This document shows, one piece after another, positions 1 to 11,758 of a stretch of 64,000 nucleotides of DNA. The DNA lies in NCBI GenBank assembly GCA_965200245.1, contig CBDATS010000004.1, forward strand, positions 352,001 to 416,000. Reading direction: 5' to 3'. The stretch comes from a bacterium (lineage in GTDB: Bacteria; UBA8248). Position numbers and translations under genes: made by a program. Within the stretch, counting starts at the first letter, position 1, and each line of letters starts with the position of its first letter. Below the pieces are notes generated by a model. That model had not been told where the DNA came from and did no database searches. It saw only the letters and a list, made by a program, of their open reading frames with translations.

Positions 1-1
1 T

Positions 2-376
2 GTAAAGTGGAATCAAGCGATTTATGATTACGTCAAGAGTAAGCACGATCCGAAGGCTGTCGCAATGGCGGTCGGAGCGATCACGGCAAAGTTGCCGAAG
101 TATGCTTATTATAATTTCGAGGCAGTAGGCGTTTGGTCGGCCTTGGCTAAGCAGTACAAAGCAAGTCTGGCCAAGGAGGTTAGGGAACTAAAATCCAAGA
201 GCACTGCCTCTGTGAACACCGGCACCTATGAAGTAGCAACGAAAGGACCCCTAACTTGGGTATATCTTAAACCGATTGGTTCGTTCATCGCGGTGAACCG
301 CGATCTCGATATCACAGGCATCAAGGCGGAGCGTGTCCTGACTAGCAAGAAGGCGTGGCAGTTGATCGAAAAATAG
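2..376 (+). CDS. Hypothetical protein, 3' part (runs off the window start)
   Basis: Frame is open from base 2 (VKWNQAIYDYVKSKHDPKAVAMAVGA...) to TAG at 374-376; no family recognised. Confidence 0.5.
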   Translation, partial: VKWNQAIYDYVKSKHDPKAVAMAVGAITAKLPKYAYYNFEAVGVWSALAKQYKASLAKEVRELKSKSTASVNTGTYEVATKGPLTWVYLKPIGSFIAVNRDLDITGIKAERVLTSKKAWQLIEK

Positions 377-554
377 GGGAATTATACACAATCTTACCTA
401 TAGGGGTCTCATCCCCTATTCCTTCAAATACCTCCAAACTTTCTTTGGTGGTTCCATCAGTAATTGCCCTGGCGATGTTTTCGGGTGTATCGGGAATAGA
501 TGGGAGCATCTTACTTTTTATCGGGCGACCTCGTGGTTTTTTGTTTTCGCTCAT
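377..554 (-). mobile_element. Probable IS1595-family element end with its small passenger ORF (frameshifted)
   Basis: Minus-strand ORF MSENKKPRGRPIKSKMLPSIPDTPENIARAITDG continues as PPKKVWRYLKE* if one extra A near 452 is removed. It is followed by GTGTATAATTCCC, which resembles IS1595-type terminal repeats as I recall them. No transposase in the window. Confidence 0.45.
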
Positions 555-1227
555 GTTTGTTGAATGGAAAGCATTATCTAGATTCTGCTTCTACTTCCTA
601 GCTGATATAGTTGGCACACATGGATACCGCCTCATTTCCTTCATGAAGCAACTTTACTTCATTTACAATTGCTTGAACTAAATCATCATCTTCAGTCGAT
701 AAAATTCTCAATCTTTGCCTAGGAGGTGTGTTAATCCCGGAAATTTCTGCTACGCGAACTCCCAACGAAATGGTCAAGGCCTCTGTGTCGGACACATCGA
801 TCAGCCGTAAGGTATTCGCGCTCCTCAAGGCAGGCAAACTACGTAAACTGACCTCACGGGTCTGGGAGTGATGTCAGAGTCCCCCGGTACAACCGAGTCC
901 CGAGCCGGATAGCTTCTCTGTTCAATCAGCCCAACCCGGCCCCCTCCTACCGAAGCCCAGCCCCTCGTCCGTTGATACAGGAGCCTCCAGTCGTATAGAT
1001 CATCTGAGTCAAGGGCCACACACTCGTCAGGGACCCGTCGTTTCTTTCGATCGATTTTCGTATCATCCTTGTTTTCCCATCTTGGCTTTTCCGATTCGTG
1101 CAAATTCATGAATTTGCCAGCGGGAAGCCAGTCTGCTATTTTCCCCCAAGGGATGGCGTCCGCCGCCCGAGCCACGAGTACCGATCACACCGCCCATATC
1201 GTAGTAATGGAAAGGGGGGTAGGTACG

Positions 1228-2590
1228 ATGGACTGGCTGAATTCCATGATCAATTCCGTGAACGCCTTTGCCTGGGGACCGCCGATGCTCGGCATGCTGG
1301 GCGTGACGGGCGTACTGCTCACGCTGGGGATGGTCTTCATGCCCTGGCGGAAGGTGGGCTATGGCTTCCGGTTGCTGTACGATACGGAGGGGCAAGTCGG
1401 CGAGGGTGAGGTCAAGCCCTTCAACGCACTTGATGACAGCGCTTTCCGCGACCGTCGGCACCGGTAATATTGCCGGCGTCGCCACCGCCATTGCCTTGGG
1501 CGGACCGGGGGCCATCTTCTACATGTGGCTCATCGCGCTCTTCGGCATGGCGACCAAATACGCCGAAGCCGTCTGTGCGGTCACCTACCGCGAGGTGGAC
1601 TCAGCGGGCAAATACGTAGGCGGACCCATGTACTATCTGAGGAACGGGGTGGGCGAATTCGCGCCCGAACTCGCTAAGTGGCTAGGGCTCGCCTTCGCCG
1701 TATTCGGCGCGGTGGCCGCCTTCGGTATCGGGAACGCTGTACAGGTGAACTCGATGGCGACGGCGCTGGCCGACAGTTTCCTGATTCCTACCTGGATTAC
1801 GGGCATCATCGTGGCTGCGCTGGTGGGCTTCGTCATTCTGGGCGGCATCCAGCGAATCGGCGAGGTGGCGGGCAAGCTCGTACCGGCGATGATCGTCCTC
1901 TATGTGGGCATGGCGCTCATCATCATTCTCATCAACATCGCTTCGGTGCCCGAGGCCATTGGCCTCATCTTCTATCACGCCTTCACGCCTGCGGCAGCAG
2001 CGGGTGGTTTCGCAGGTGCGGCGGTGGCAGCAGCGGTTCGCTTCGGCGTCGCGCGCGGTGTGTTCTCCAACGAATCTGGCCTGGGCTCCGCTGCGATCGC
2101 GCACGCGGCGGCGCAGACGAACAGCCCGGTACGCCAGGGCGCCATCGCCATGCTGGGTACCTTCATCGACACCATCGTGGTCTGCACGATGACGGCGCTG
2201 GTCATCCTGACTTCCGGTGCATGGACGTTGAAGGGCGGCGACGGCGCGGGCCTGACGGGCGTCGTGCTTACCTCGGCGGGTTTCCAGAGCACGATCGCAG
2301 GTGGACGCTACATGGTTACCATCGCACTGGCCGTCTTCGCTTTCACGATCATTCTGGGCTGGTCGTACTACGGTGAGCGGTGCTGGCAGTATCTCTTCAG
2401 CGAGAACAGCCTCATGGTCTACCGGGGGCTTTGGGTGCTTGCAGCGCTCGGCTTCGCCAACGTGAAGGTGGCCTTCGTCTGGAACCTCTCCGACACATTG
2501 AACGGATTGATGGCGGTACCCAACCTCATCGGCCTGCTTCTGCTCGCGCCGATGGTCTTCAAGGTGACGCGCGAGTATTTCGACAGCTAG
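1228..2590 (+). CDS. Alanine/glycine:cation symporter (AGCS family), one +1 frameshift near 1430
   Basis: MDWLNSMINSVNAFAWGPPM...VKPFNAL joins MTALSATVGTGNIAGVATAI...GGPGAIFYMW...RGVFSNESGLGS after removing one T. Confidence 0.9.
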
Positions 2591-2605
2591 TTCGCCTCAC
2601 CTGAG

Positions 2606-2649
2606 AGGGCCGCTCTTGCGCGTTTGATACCGCCCGCAAGAGCGGCCTT
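2606..2649 (+). terminator. Stem-loop after the AGCS gene
   Basis: GGCCGCTCTTGCG (2608-2620) pairs with CGCAAGAGCGGCC (2635-2647); weak U tail. Confidence 0.55.
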
Positions 2650-3397
2650 GGGGCTGCGAGCAAGGAACAGAAAGCAGACTGCCACTGAATCCGGGTTTCT
2701 TAACTCCCGGATGTATCTCCTCTGCGGATCAGGGTAAAGCATCTTTCAAGAAAACCTGACCCACGCATGCCTTGGCAGAATAGACACGACAAGATTCCCT
2801 TCGTAAAGACTGCGATCCGAAATTGGGGCTTTGTGTAGAAAATACTCTCGTCAAAGCCTTGAAATACTGCTTGAAACTGAACGTGTCTTGCCCCTGAACG
2901 ACCTGATTTAACTGAAAAAGTTTCGACAAGGCCTAGAATAAATCGCTCACAACAAAGATGGCGAAGCCCGTGGATAAGTGTTTGAGGGAATTTTCGCGAT
3001 GAAGTAGAAACAACTGGATGATGGAACTCCTTTCATCGTCTCACTAGATAAATCATTGGAATATGCGAAAAAATGGCTGATCGCGAAGGTAAATCGTGCA
3101 GCCCTTTGTTGGCCCGTTGTACCTCCTTGTCCCATTCCTGTTGATCCTTCGTTCGCTACTTAAGTTGCTCGGTAATGTAATGTTTCCGCTCGCGAAACTG
3201 TTCTTCGCGGCACCTGTTCCGGCCTGATGCCTGTCGGGTGCGTTTCTATCATTCGAGGATTCCGCGAGGACATATGCCGTCCGCTCCTGGACGCGTGTTT
3301 GCCGTAGACACACAGGAACAAGGAGAGAAGTCTCTCACCCTACCAACGTTGCTCCACGCCGTCGTGCGCGAGAGAGCGACAGCAAACACCCACACAC

Positions 3398-3426
3398 AAA
3401 AAACCGGGGGGCTTCGGCCCCCCGGT
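3398..3426 (-). terminator. Rho-independent terminator of the porin gene
   Basis: ACCGGGGGGC-TTCG-GCCCCCCGGT with an A-run on the plus strand (U-run on minus). Confidence 0.85.
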
Positions 3427-3467
3427 CGTCTTCGCGTCAAATGAAGATGCGAACTTTCCTCATATTT

Positions 3468-4757
3468 CTAGAAGCCGTGACGCAGGGAGAACATCGCCGT
3501 CCAGGAGTCGTCGAAATCATCATCGCTCATGGCCTTGCCATAATCACCCGCGGATAAGTACGCGAACTGAGTCCTGAGCTGGAGTTTCGGATAAACATTC
3601 CAGTGGAAGCCGGTGTTGAACTCGGTGCCGAAGTTCGTGTCGTCAACCATGTCGGCACCCGGGGCTTCTTCCGCGGATTGGTAGATGTGAACGCCGCCGA
3701 ATATCTTGAAAGTCTTGGTTACCTTATACACGGCATCGCCACCGAGCACGACCGCACCGTTCAGATTTTGAAACCTGGTAGCTCTTGTGGGACCGGCTCC
3801 TCCTTGTAAACGAGCCCGGAAGCTCGTGATGCCGCCTGTCGTGCTGCGGTCGGTGACCATCACGCCGGAGATGAACTGACCGCCACCGGGCATCAGGTTT
3901 GCAAACTTACCCTCTTCCCCGTCATCGGCTTCGTCGTCACCGGAGAGCAGGATAGCGGTGCCTATGAGCGTCAGTTTGCCCAAACTGGCCTTGCCACTTG
4001 CCAGAAGCGCCCAGCCGGAGGCATCCGTATCTTCATCCGCATCTCCACTCACCGAAACGCCCGAAAGGTTCAAGCCGACGATACCCACTTTTCCCTTCGC
4101 GTGCAGGGCAGCATAGGTGAGGGACTTGCCTTGGCCGTCGCGCGCCAGAGCCAACCAAGGGGTCAGCGTAACGGCCGGGGAAACCTTGATGCCGACAGAA
4201 CCATAATACCTGTCATCGTTCGCATCTTCTGCACCCATTCTGAGTCCTGAACCGCTTGTACCCCTTCTGGCCATGAACATGCTGAGCGAAATGTTCTTGC
4301 TGAGCTTTCCGTAAACCGCCATACCCGGCCAACGACTGGCGCCTGCGCTGTCGAAAATCTGCTTGTCCGGGGAGGTGAAATCCGTCCGGCCCCAGCGGGC
4401 GCGGAACTTGCTGCCCGGAACCGCAAAGTCGACTACCCAGCGGTTGGTACCCACCCCGACACGACCCCTATCACGACCAAATACGGTGTTCGCGTTCGAG
4501 TTACCGCTTTCCTCAAACCAGTCGATTTCCCACAAGGCCCATATTTTGCCCTTGTCCGTCTTGGCTGTGAAGCGGGGCCTGGTCAACGCATCGAAACCAC
4601 TGATCGAGTCGTCGTTATCCTCGTCCCTGTCGCCGTTGTTGCCGGCGATTCCGCGAATACGGAAGAAGCCGCTATACTTGAAGTCGGCCGCGTACGAGGG
4701 CGCGGTGAATGCCACGACGAGCACCATCGCGAACAGAGCTAATAGAATTTTCCTCAT
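3468..4757 (-). CDS. Outer-membrane beta-barrel porin-like protein
   Basis: Signal peptide MRKILLALFAMVLVVAFTAPSYA, AGGAG RBS, amphipathic beta-strands and C-terminal Phe (FSLRHGF). Confidence 0.8.
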   Translation of the reverse strand: MRKILLALFAMVLVVAFTAPSYAADFKYSGFFRIRGIAGNNGDRDEDNDDSISGFDALTRPRFTAKTDKGKIWALWEIDWFEESGNSNANTVFGRDRGRVGVGTNRWVVDFAVPGSKFRARWGRTDFTSPDKQIFDSAGASRWPGMAVYGKLSKNISLSMFMARRGTSGSGLRMGAEDANDDRYYGSVGIKVSPAVTLTPWLALARDGQGKSLTYAALHAKGKVGIVGLNLSGVSVSGDADEDTDASGWALLASGKASLGKLTLIGTAILLSGDDEADDGEEGKFANLMPGGGQFISGVMVTDRSTTGGITSFRARLQGGAGPTRATRFQNLNGAVVLGGDAVYKVTKTFKIFGGVHIYQSAEEAPGADMVDDTNFGTEFNTGFHWNVYPKLQLRTQFAYLSAGDYGKAMSDDDFDDSWTAMFSLRHGF

Positions 4758-4981
4758 GTGCGTTTCTCCTAATCGAGGTTTCAAAAAATGTTTCCGCCTT
4801 CCTGCGTTTTTAATATCTGAGTTTCGAATATTCTAGCATCTGTGATTCATCGTCTGCATCACCCCCTCTCTCCGATACTCCCTATATCATAACAGGATTT
4901 TTTTGAACAAACCAACAGTACACAGCTTATTCAAACACTTTTCGATCTTTGAAAACAGTCGTTCCATTCCCCGTTACCCAG

Positions 4982-5011
4982 AGAATAGACAAAGACGGTT
5001 CTTTTTGTCAA
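4982..5011 (-). promoter_or_regulatory. Candidate sigma70 promoter for the porin gene
   Basis: Minus strand TTGACA-N18-TATTCT, implying a 5' UTR of about 220 nt. Confidence 0.4.
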
Positions 5012-5348
5012 CAAACACCCGGCGCAGATCCGGGAAATTTCCCGCTCAATGATTCGAATCCTGCGTCAGGGCAAGTGCCGGAATAAAGAGCTTAATAATT
5101 GCAAAATCAAATGTTTACAAAACCCTGGTGCCAAGAGGGAACGGTACGAAAGACTCTGGCTGGTTCGTTTTCCCTGAGCATAAGATTTTTTTTGTTCGCC
5201 GGATCGAAAATTCCCTGGGAATTCGCGTTCATCCTCCTCCAGATGACTAACCAAGCCATATTCGCTCACGCAATAAGAGTGAACCTCGGAAGTTCCTGAC
5301 CCGGAAGATTAGCACTTTAGCCCGGCGATAGATGCGTATCTCAAAAAC

Positions 5349-7277
5349 CTATTCCCTTATCTTGTAGAAATAGAGTTGGCTTTTCGCGCTGGCGAACGGG
5401 CCGGAACTCGCCGTCGCCGCCACGAGATCGTCGAAACCGTCATTGTCCGCGTCGCCGAAAGCGAAATCCACGATGCCGCTGCTCAACTTCCTCGAACGCC
5501 AAGTTCCGCTCAACCCGCTCCCGTCCCATACCAGGCTGGCGACCCAGCCTCCCGAAACGCCCAGACCGGGTGCCAGGTTGGTGCCGTATTCGTTCTTGAT
5601 CACCAGCACCTCGTCCACCCCGTCCCTGTCGACGTCTTCTACCAGCACGCGCGATCGTATGGGCAGATCCGGCGTGTCCTCCTGTTCATCAGTGCGCTCT
5701 GCGCCGGCTTGGGAGAAGAATCTATAGACCGGCGCACCGTAGGTCTCGGAACTATAGTAAATCTCCGTGCCGTTCCTTGAAAACACCCTCAGCCTGTCGT
5801 CTTTTCCCACCTCGATGACTTCCAGCGCGCCGTCCTTGTTGATGTCCCACAAGCCGAAACCAAGAATCGTCAATTCGGGCGGAAGCGCATAGGGAGCGGC
5901 GGGTGCGAGGTTCCCGCCTGACCAGCGATAGCTGCGGATGGGACCCTCGAAAGCCTTCTCAAAGCCCTCACTCTGGCCCAGGATCATATATGCTTCCGCG
6001 TCGGAAATCTTCTCGCCCTTCTTGGGTCGCCTTACCCGAATCAGGCGGTAGAAGGTCCTGTCGTTTCGGACAAGGGGCGTGAATTGACCATTCCTGTACT
6101 GGAGGATCAACGAGAACAGCTCGTTCGAGCGATATGAAGCGAGGTAGAACTCGGGCGCGCCGTCCCCGTTCATGTCGGCGACGTCGAGCCAGCGGAAATC
6201 GTTCGTCGCCCCCTCGTCGAATCGCGCGACCTCGCGCATCCGGTTATTCTCGAAGCGGTAGACGAGTACCTGGGTCGACGCAATGAGAACAACCTCATTC
6301 TTCCCGTCCCCGTCCACGTCAGAAAGGGACATGCCCCGGATGGCGACCTTGTTGAACGAATAGCTTTTCACGCCACCCGCCGTTCCGGGTGCGCCTTCCC
6401 GGGCGAGCACGAAACTCTCGTTTGCGGGTCCTGCGCGTCTTCCGCCTTCACCTCTGATAAGTTCCTGTTCCCTGGGCGGGCCCTGTTCGAAGGGCAACTC
6501 ATCAGCAATCGCCACGGCCTTGAAGAGTTCCTCCTTCGTGGTGAGGGACAGGAGGCGGGTGGAAAGAATTTTCTTCCCCCGGATTTCGCGCAGTTCGTTT
6601 TCGAGGGCCATGTCGCTGCGCACCTGGTTTCGCAGGCGGATGGAGTTTTCGCCTTTCAGGATTTCATCGGTCGCCACACCCGTCTCCAGGAGCCATACCT
6701 GCAGCCTGTCCACGTCGTAGACGTCGAAGCGACCGCTCCGCAGGAGTTGGCGTCCGAGTTCCCTTGTGAGCGTTTCCATGCTGATGGATTCCTTCGTCTG
6801 GTTGACGAAAGGCAGTATCGCCAGACGAACCTTCGCGGCGGACATGCGTACGGTATCCCTCACGCGCGGGGAGAGTCGGCCTCCCGGCACGAGGCGCGTC
6901 ATACGCCCGATGGAGAATTTCTCCCGCACCTCGACGACTTCGACCTCGCCTATCTCCTCTTCGAGCTTTCCGAGAATGACGCCCGTCGCCGGGTGACGAA
7001 ACGGCGCACCTTCGCGGTAGACGCCCAGCTTGACGCCCTTGACCACCTCGTCCTTCTCACCGAGGCTCAGATAGAGGTCCGCACCCTTTACGGCGACCAC
7101 CGCACCGCGCAAATTCGGAAACCTCTGGTGCAGCTTGTCGCTGATGAGACCCAGGGCTTTTCGGTAACCGTTCTCCTGTGCATGAGCGGTGTCGCCGGGT
7201 ATCCCGAGAAGAATCATGAACACAGGCAGAACGAACAACGCCTTCTTAACGAGGTGTGAGAACATGAAAAACCTCAT
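5349..7277 (-). CDS. Exported FG-GAP/VCBS-repeat protein with N-terminal FlgT/CsgG-like modules
   Basis: Signal peptide; repeats DVDGDGKNEV, DMNGDGAPEF, DINKDGALEV, DVDRDGVDEV, DADNDGFDDL; RLAILPFVN motif. Confidence 0.75.
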   Translation of the reverse strand: MRFFMFSHLVKKALFVLPVFMILLGIPGDTAHAQENGYRKALGLISDKLHQRFPNLRGAVVAVKGADLYLSLGEKDEVVKGVKLGVYREGAPFRHPATGVILGKLEEEIGEVEVVEVREKFSIGRMTRLVPGGRLSPRVRDTVRMSAAKVRLAILPFVNQTKESISMETLTRELGRQLLRSGRFDVYDVDRLQVWLLETGVATDEILKGENSIRLRNQVRSDMALENELREIRGKKILSTRLLSLTTKEELFKAVAIADELPFEQGPPREQELIRGEGGRRAGPANESFVLAREGAPGTAGGVKSYSFNKVAIRGMSLSDVDGDGKNEVVLIASTQVLVYRFENNRMREVARFDEGATNDFRWLDVADMNGDGAPEFYLASYRSNELFSLILQYRNGQFTPLVRNDRTFYRLIRVRRPKKGEKISDAEAYMILGQSEGFEKAFEGPIRSYRWSGGNLAPAAPYALPPELTILGFGLWDINKDGALEVIEVGKDDRLRVFSRNGTEIYYSSETYGAPVYRFFSQAGAERTDEQEDTPDLPIRSRVLVEDVDRDGVDEVLVIKNEYGTNLAPGLGVSGGWVASLVWDGSGLSGTWRSRKLSSGIVDFAFGDADNDGFDDLVAATASSGPFASAKSQLYFYKIRE

Positions 7278-7486
7278 GAATGAGATAGACTCCCTGGATG
7301 GATTTCGGCGGCACCGCTACGCTTCGAGGCGGCTTATGACCCCGGATAATTCGTTGCCTGAAATCGAAGACCAAAGCCCCGAACACCCACAAATATGTCG
7401 TGCAAGCTTCAAAAAAGCAAGTTTCTCCCGCTCGTCAAGGAAGTCTATTGCGCCCGAAATGCCCGAAACAGGGACACTTTACGGTC

Positions 7487-9382
7487 TCAGGGTCGTTCGA
7501 GCCCCAACTCCCTTTTCAACTTTCGGTGAAGCGGCGAGCCGAACATTCCCGCCTTTCTGGCGTGTTTCCGCGCGCCTTTTCGATTTCCCTCGAGATACAG
7601 AGCAAGTGCCAGATTGTGGTGGACGCCCCCATGATCAGGCTCGATTGTCAGCGCAGCCTCAAACTGTGCGATTGCCAGTCGCCTCAAGCCCGTCTTGAGG
7701 TACAGGGTTCCCAGGTTGAAGCGAGCCTCCGCAAGCGTAGGTTTGAGACCTATCGCGCGTTCGAAGCGGGGTCTCGCCAAATCACCGCGCCCCTCGACCA
7801 TATAGAGTGCTCCCAGTGCCAGATGTGCTTCGGCGTTCTCGTCGTTCAGCTGCAGGGCACGCTTCAGGGAGATTTCGGCGGCGGCCGCATCGCCGCCTTG
7901 CATCTGCGCGATTCCCAAGTCTACCCAAGCATAATCGTAAACAGGATAGATCGCGACGGATTTCCTGAGCGGCGCAATCGCTTCTTTGAACCTGTTCCGG
8001 TCAATAAGGGCCTGCCCGTACACCCGGAGCGCACGCGCGCTGTTCGGAGAGACCTCCGCCGTTCTCCGCCAGAAACGCAGCGTGTCGCCCCACTCGTGGT
8101 TTCGCTTAAGCGTCAGCACCCCGAAGATCAGGCACGCGACCACGAACAGCGCAGCGCCAATCCGCCAGTCCTTTCCATCGAGCCAGGCTTGCGCCGTAGG
8201 AACCAGGGCGATCAGAAAACCCGCCGAGGGGATATACAACACCCGCTCGGCCATGATGGTACCCATCGGGATCAGCAGATTGCTCACGGACAGATACGCA
8301 CCGACGAAAACAACCAGCCCGAAGGCGACCCACGGCATCGTCTCTCTCGTGCGCCATGCGGCGTAGCACCATGCCAAGAACGCGACCCCCCCTGTCACCG
8401 TCCAGAGCGTGGCCTCGGCTCCCTCCACCGGAATCTGTGCGAAGGAATAGTCGATACTCAAGGGCCATGGCCAGACCAGGAGCTTGAAATAACGTCCCAG
8501 GACGCCAATCGCGCCGAAGATACGTTCTCCGGCCGGCATAAGCGCCAGGACGTTGTCGAGTTTCGATGGAGGATAGGGACGCGCCAGCATCCCCAATGCG
8601 GCGTATCGCATCCACACGTAGACGATGAGCACGAGGGCGAGTGCACAGACAGCGATGAGCGTATGCCCGAAGGGCGGGTGCTCGGTTTCTCCCAATGCGT
8701 AACGGCTCCACAGCCACCACAAAAGGGCGCTGAACAGCAGGGCAACGCCGATTTCCTTGGAAAGCAGGGCAAAAAGGCAAAGCGCACAGGCAAGACCGAC
8801 GGGCGCGAATACGCTTCCATAGGAAAGGTGTCCTTCACTTTCTCTCCTGGAGCTTTTCTGCGTTTCGACCGGTTTCGCTCCCGGCAGCGCGACTCCCATC
8901 AACAGTCCCAGCCCGGAGAACACGCCTACGGCAGCCATGAGATCTGCGCGCGCGACCACGGCGTTCACCGCCTCGGTATGAACCGGATGCAGGGCGAACA
9001 ACAGGGAAACGGCCCCCGCCGAAAAAAGCGAAAGACCGAAGCGAAGGCATAGCCAGAGCAGCGCGAGGCAGGCCAGGGCGTGAATCAGGGCGTTTGCGAT
9101 TCTGTACCCCAGTGGATTGAGGCCGCTAATGGCGTGGTTCAGCGCGAATGAGGCGATGGTATGTGGGCGGTACAGGCGGTCCCTGCGATCGTTTGTCTCG
9201 AGCACACCCCAGTAGTCGTGCTGAAAAGTCTCCAGAAAGCGACCGCTTTCTCGGACAAGGGGATTTTCACCGATGATTGCGATGTCGTCGTGAAGGAACG
9301 GATTTGAAAACGTACCCGAGAAGATAAAAAACGCCGCTCCGGCAACGATGCAGATCCAAACCCATTTTACGAGCGGGCGCAT
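7487..9382 (-). CDS. TMTC-like GT-C membrane glycosyltransferase (DUF1736) with C-terminal TPRs
   Basis: FLHDD..I..NP, DYWG, YRP, LFALHPVHTEAV, LLSKE, LSIDYS and AERVLYIPS motifs, then TPR repeats. Confidence 0.85.
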   Translation of the reverse strand: MRPLVKWVWICIVAGAAFFIFSGTFSNPFLHDDIAIIGENPLVRESGRFLETFQHDYWGVLETNDRRDRLYRPHTIASFALNHAISGLNPLGYRIANALIHALACLALLWLCLRFGLSLFSAGAVSLLFALHPVHTEAVNAVVARADLMAAVGVFSGLGLLMGVALPGAKPVETQKSSRRESEGHLSYGSVFAPVGLACALCLFALLSKEIGVALLFSALLWWLWSRYALGETEHPPFGHTLIAVCALALVLIVYVWMRYAALGMLARPYPPSKLDNVLALMPAGERIFGAIGVLGRYFKLLVWPWPLSIDYSFAQIPVEGAEATLWTVTGGVAFLAWCYAAWRTRETMPWVAFGLVVFVGAYLSVSNLLIPMGTIMAERVLYIPSAGFLIALVPTAQAWLDGKDWRIGAALFVVACLIFGVLTLKRNHEWGDTLRFWRRTAEVSPNSARALRVYGQALIDRNRFKEAIAPLRKSVAIYPVYDYAWVDLGIAQMQGGDAAAAEISLKRALQLNDENAEAHLALGALYMVEGRGDLARPRFERAIGLKPTLAEARFNLGTLYLKTGLRRLAIAQFEAALTIEPDHGGVHHNLALALYLEGNRKGARKHARKAGMFGSPLHRKLKRELGLERP

Positions 9383-9639
9383 TTTTCCTCTCACATCAGT
9401 TGTCGGGCTTTCCACCAAGGTGATGGCTAACGCCCCGGCAAAAACGGTCTGCGCAACATATAGGGACTTTGGTGGCTCGTCCTGACTCGAATGATTTCCC
9501 GGACCTTCTGGATCATAATGCACCCATCATGACAACAAAACCTTCACCCCGCCAGCAGACAGGTCGATGAAATCACCTTGTTCACTGTGTTTTCCTTTTG
9601 ACTCCCGATGAAACGACTGCTAGTCTTTGGGATTACGAG

Positions 9640-9715
9640 TTCTCTGGGGGTGCCTTGCAGGCTGAGAACAAACCCTTCGAACCTGAACCGGTTAGCGCCG
9701 GCGTAGGGAAGCGAC
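9640..9715 (+). promoter_or_regulatory. TPP riboswitch
   Basis: GGGGTGCC...CTGAGA...ACCCTTCGAACCTGAACCGGTTAGCGCCGGCGTAGGGAA upstream of thiC. Confidence 0.95.
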
Positions 9716-9809
9716 AGGTCTTCCACATCCTCCGGTTTCCCTTCGCCGACACCTGAACAAGAGAATTTCATCGCGGGGAGAAGAATTGCTCCTCCCCGAA
9801 ACGCGATGA

Positions 9810-11615
<1,806 letters not shown>

Positions 11616-11645
11616 TCCGTCCCGTAACTGATTTACCGCATCACA

Positions 11646-11678
11646 CCCCGCCCGGGCCGACGCCCGGGCGGGTTTTTT
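11646..11678 (+). terminator. Rho-independent terminator after thiC
   Basis: CCCGCCCGGGC-CGAC-GCCCGGGCGGG followed by TTTTTT. Confidence 0.9.
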
Positions 11679-11758
11679 GATGATTGGAATGTCGACGCGA
11701 GACTTCAGCTCACAATTGATGGTAAATATCCCATATCGAACCGAATCCGACAGGAGTC

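Noticed and set aside
840-1227. Glycine riboswitch expected upstream of an AGCS symporter
   Set aside because: I could not find the GGAGA...CCGAAG...CTCTCAGG core.
2738-3163. Possible decayed HEPN-like gene (…KKFRQGLE*IAHNKDG…) in an AT-richer gap
   Set aside because: Five stops in about 140 codons is close to random expectation and the motif match is too weak.
7400-9052. 550-aa plus-strand ORF and similar long antisense ORFs (e.g. 24089-25465, 32261-33865, 54020-55174)
   Set aside because: They shadow well-supported genes on the opposite strand, are Arg/Pro-rich and motif-free, and are expected in high-GC DNA.
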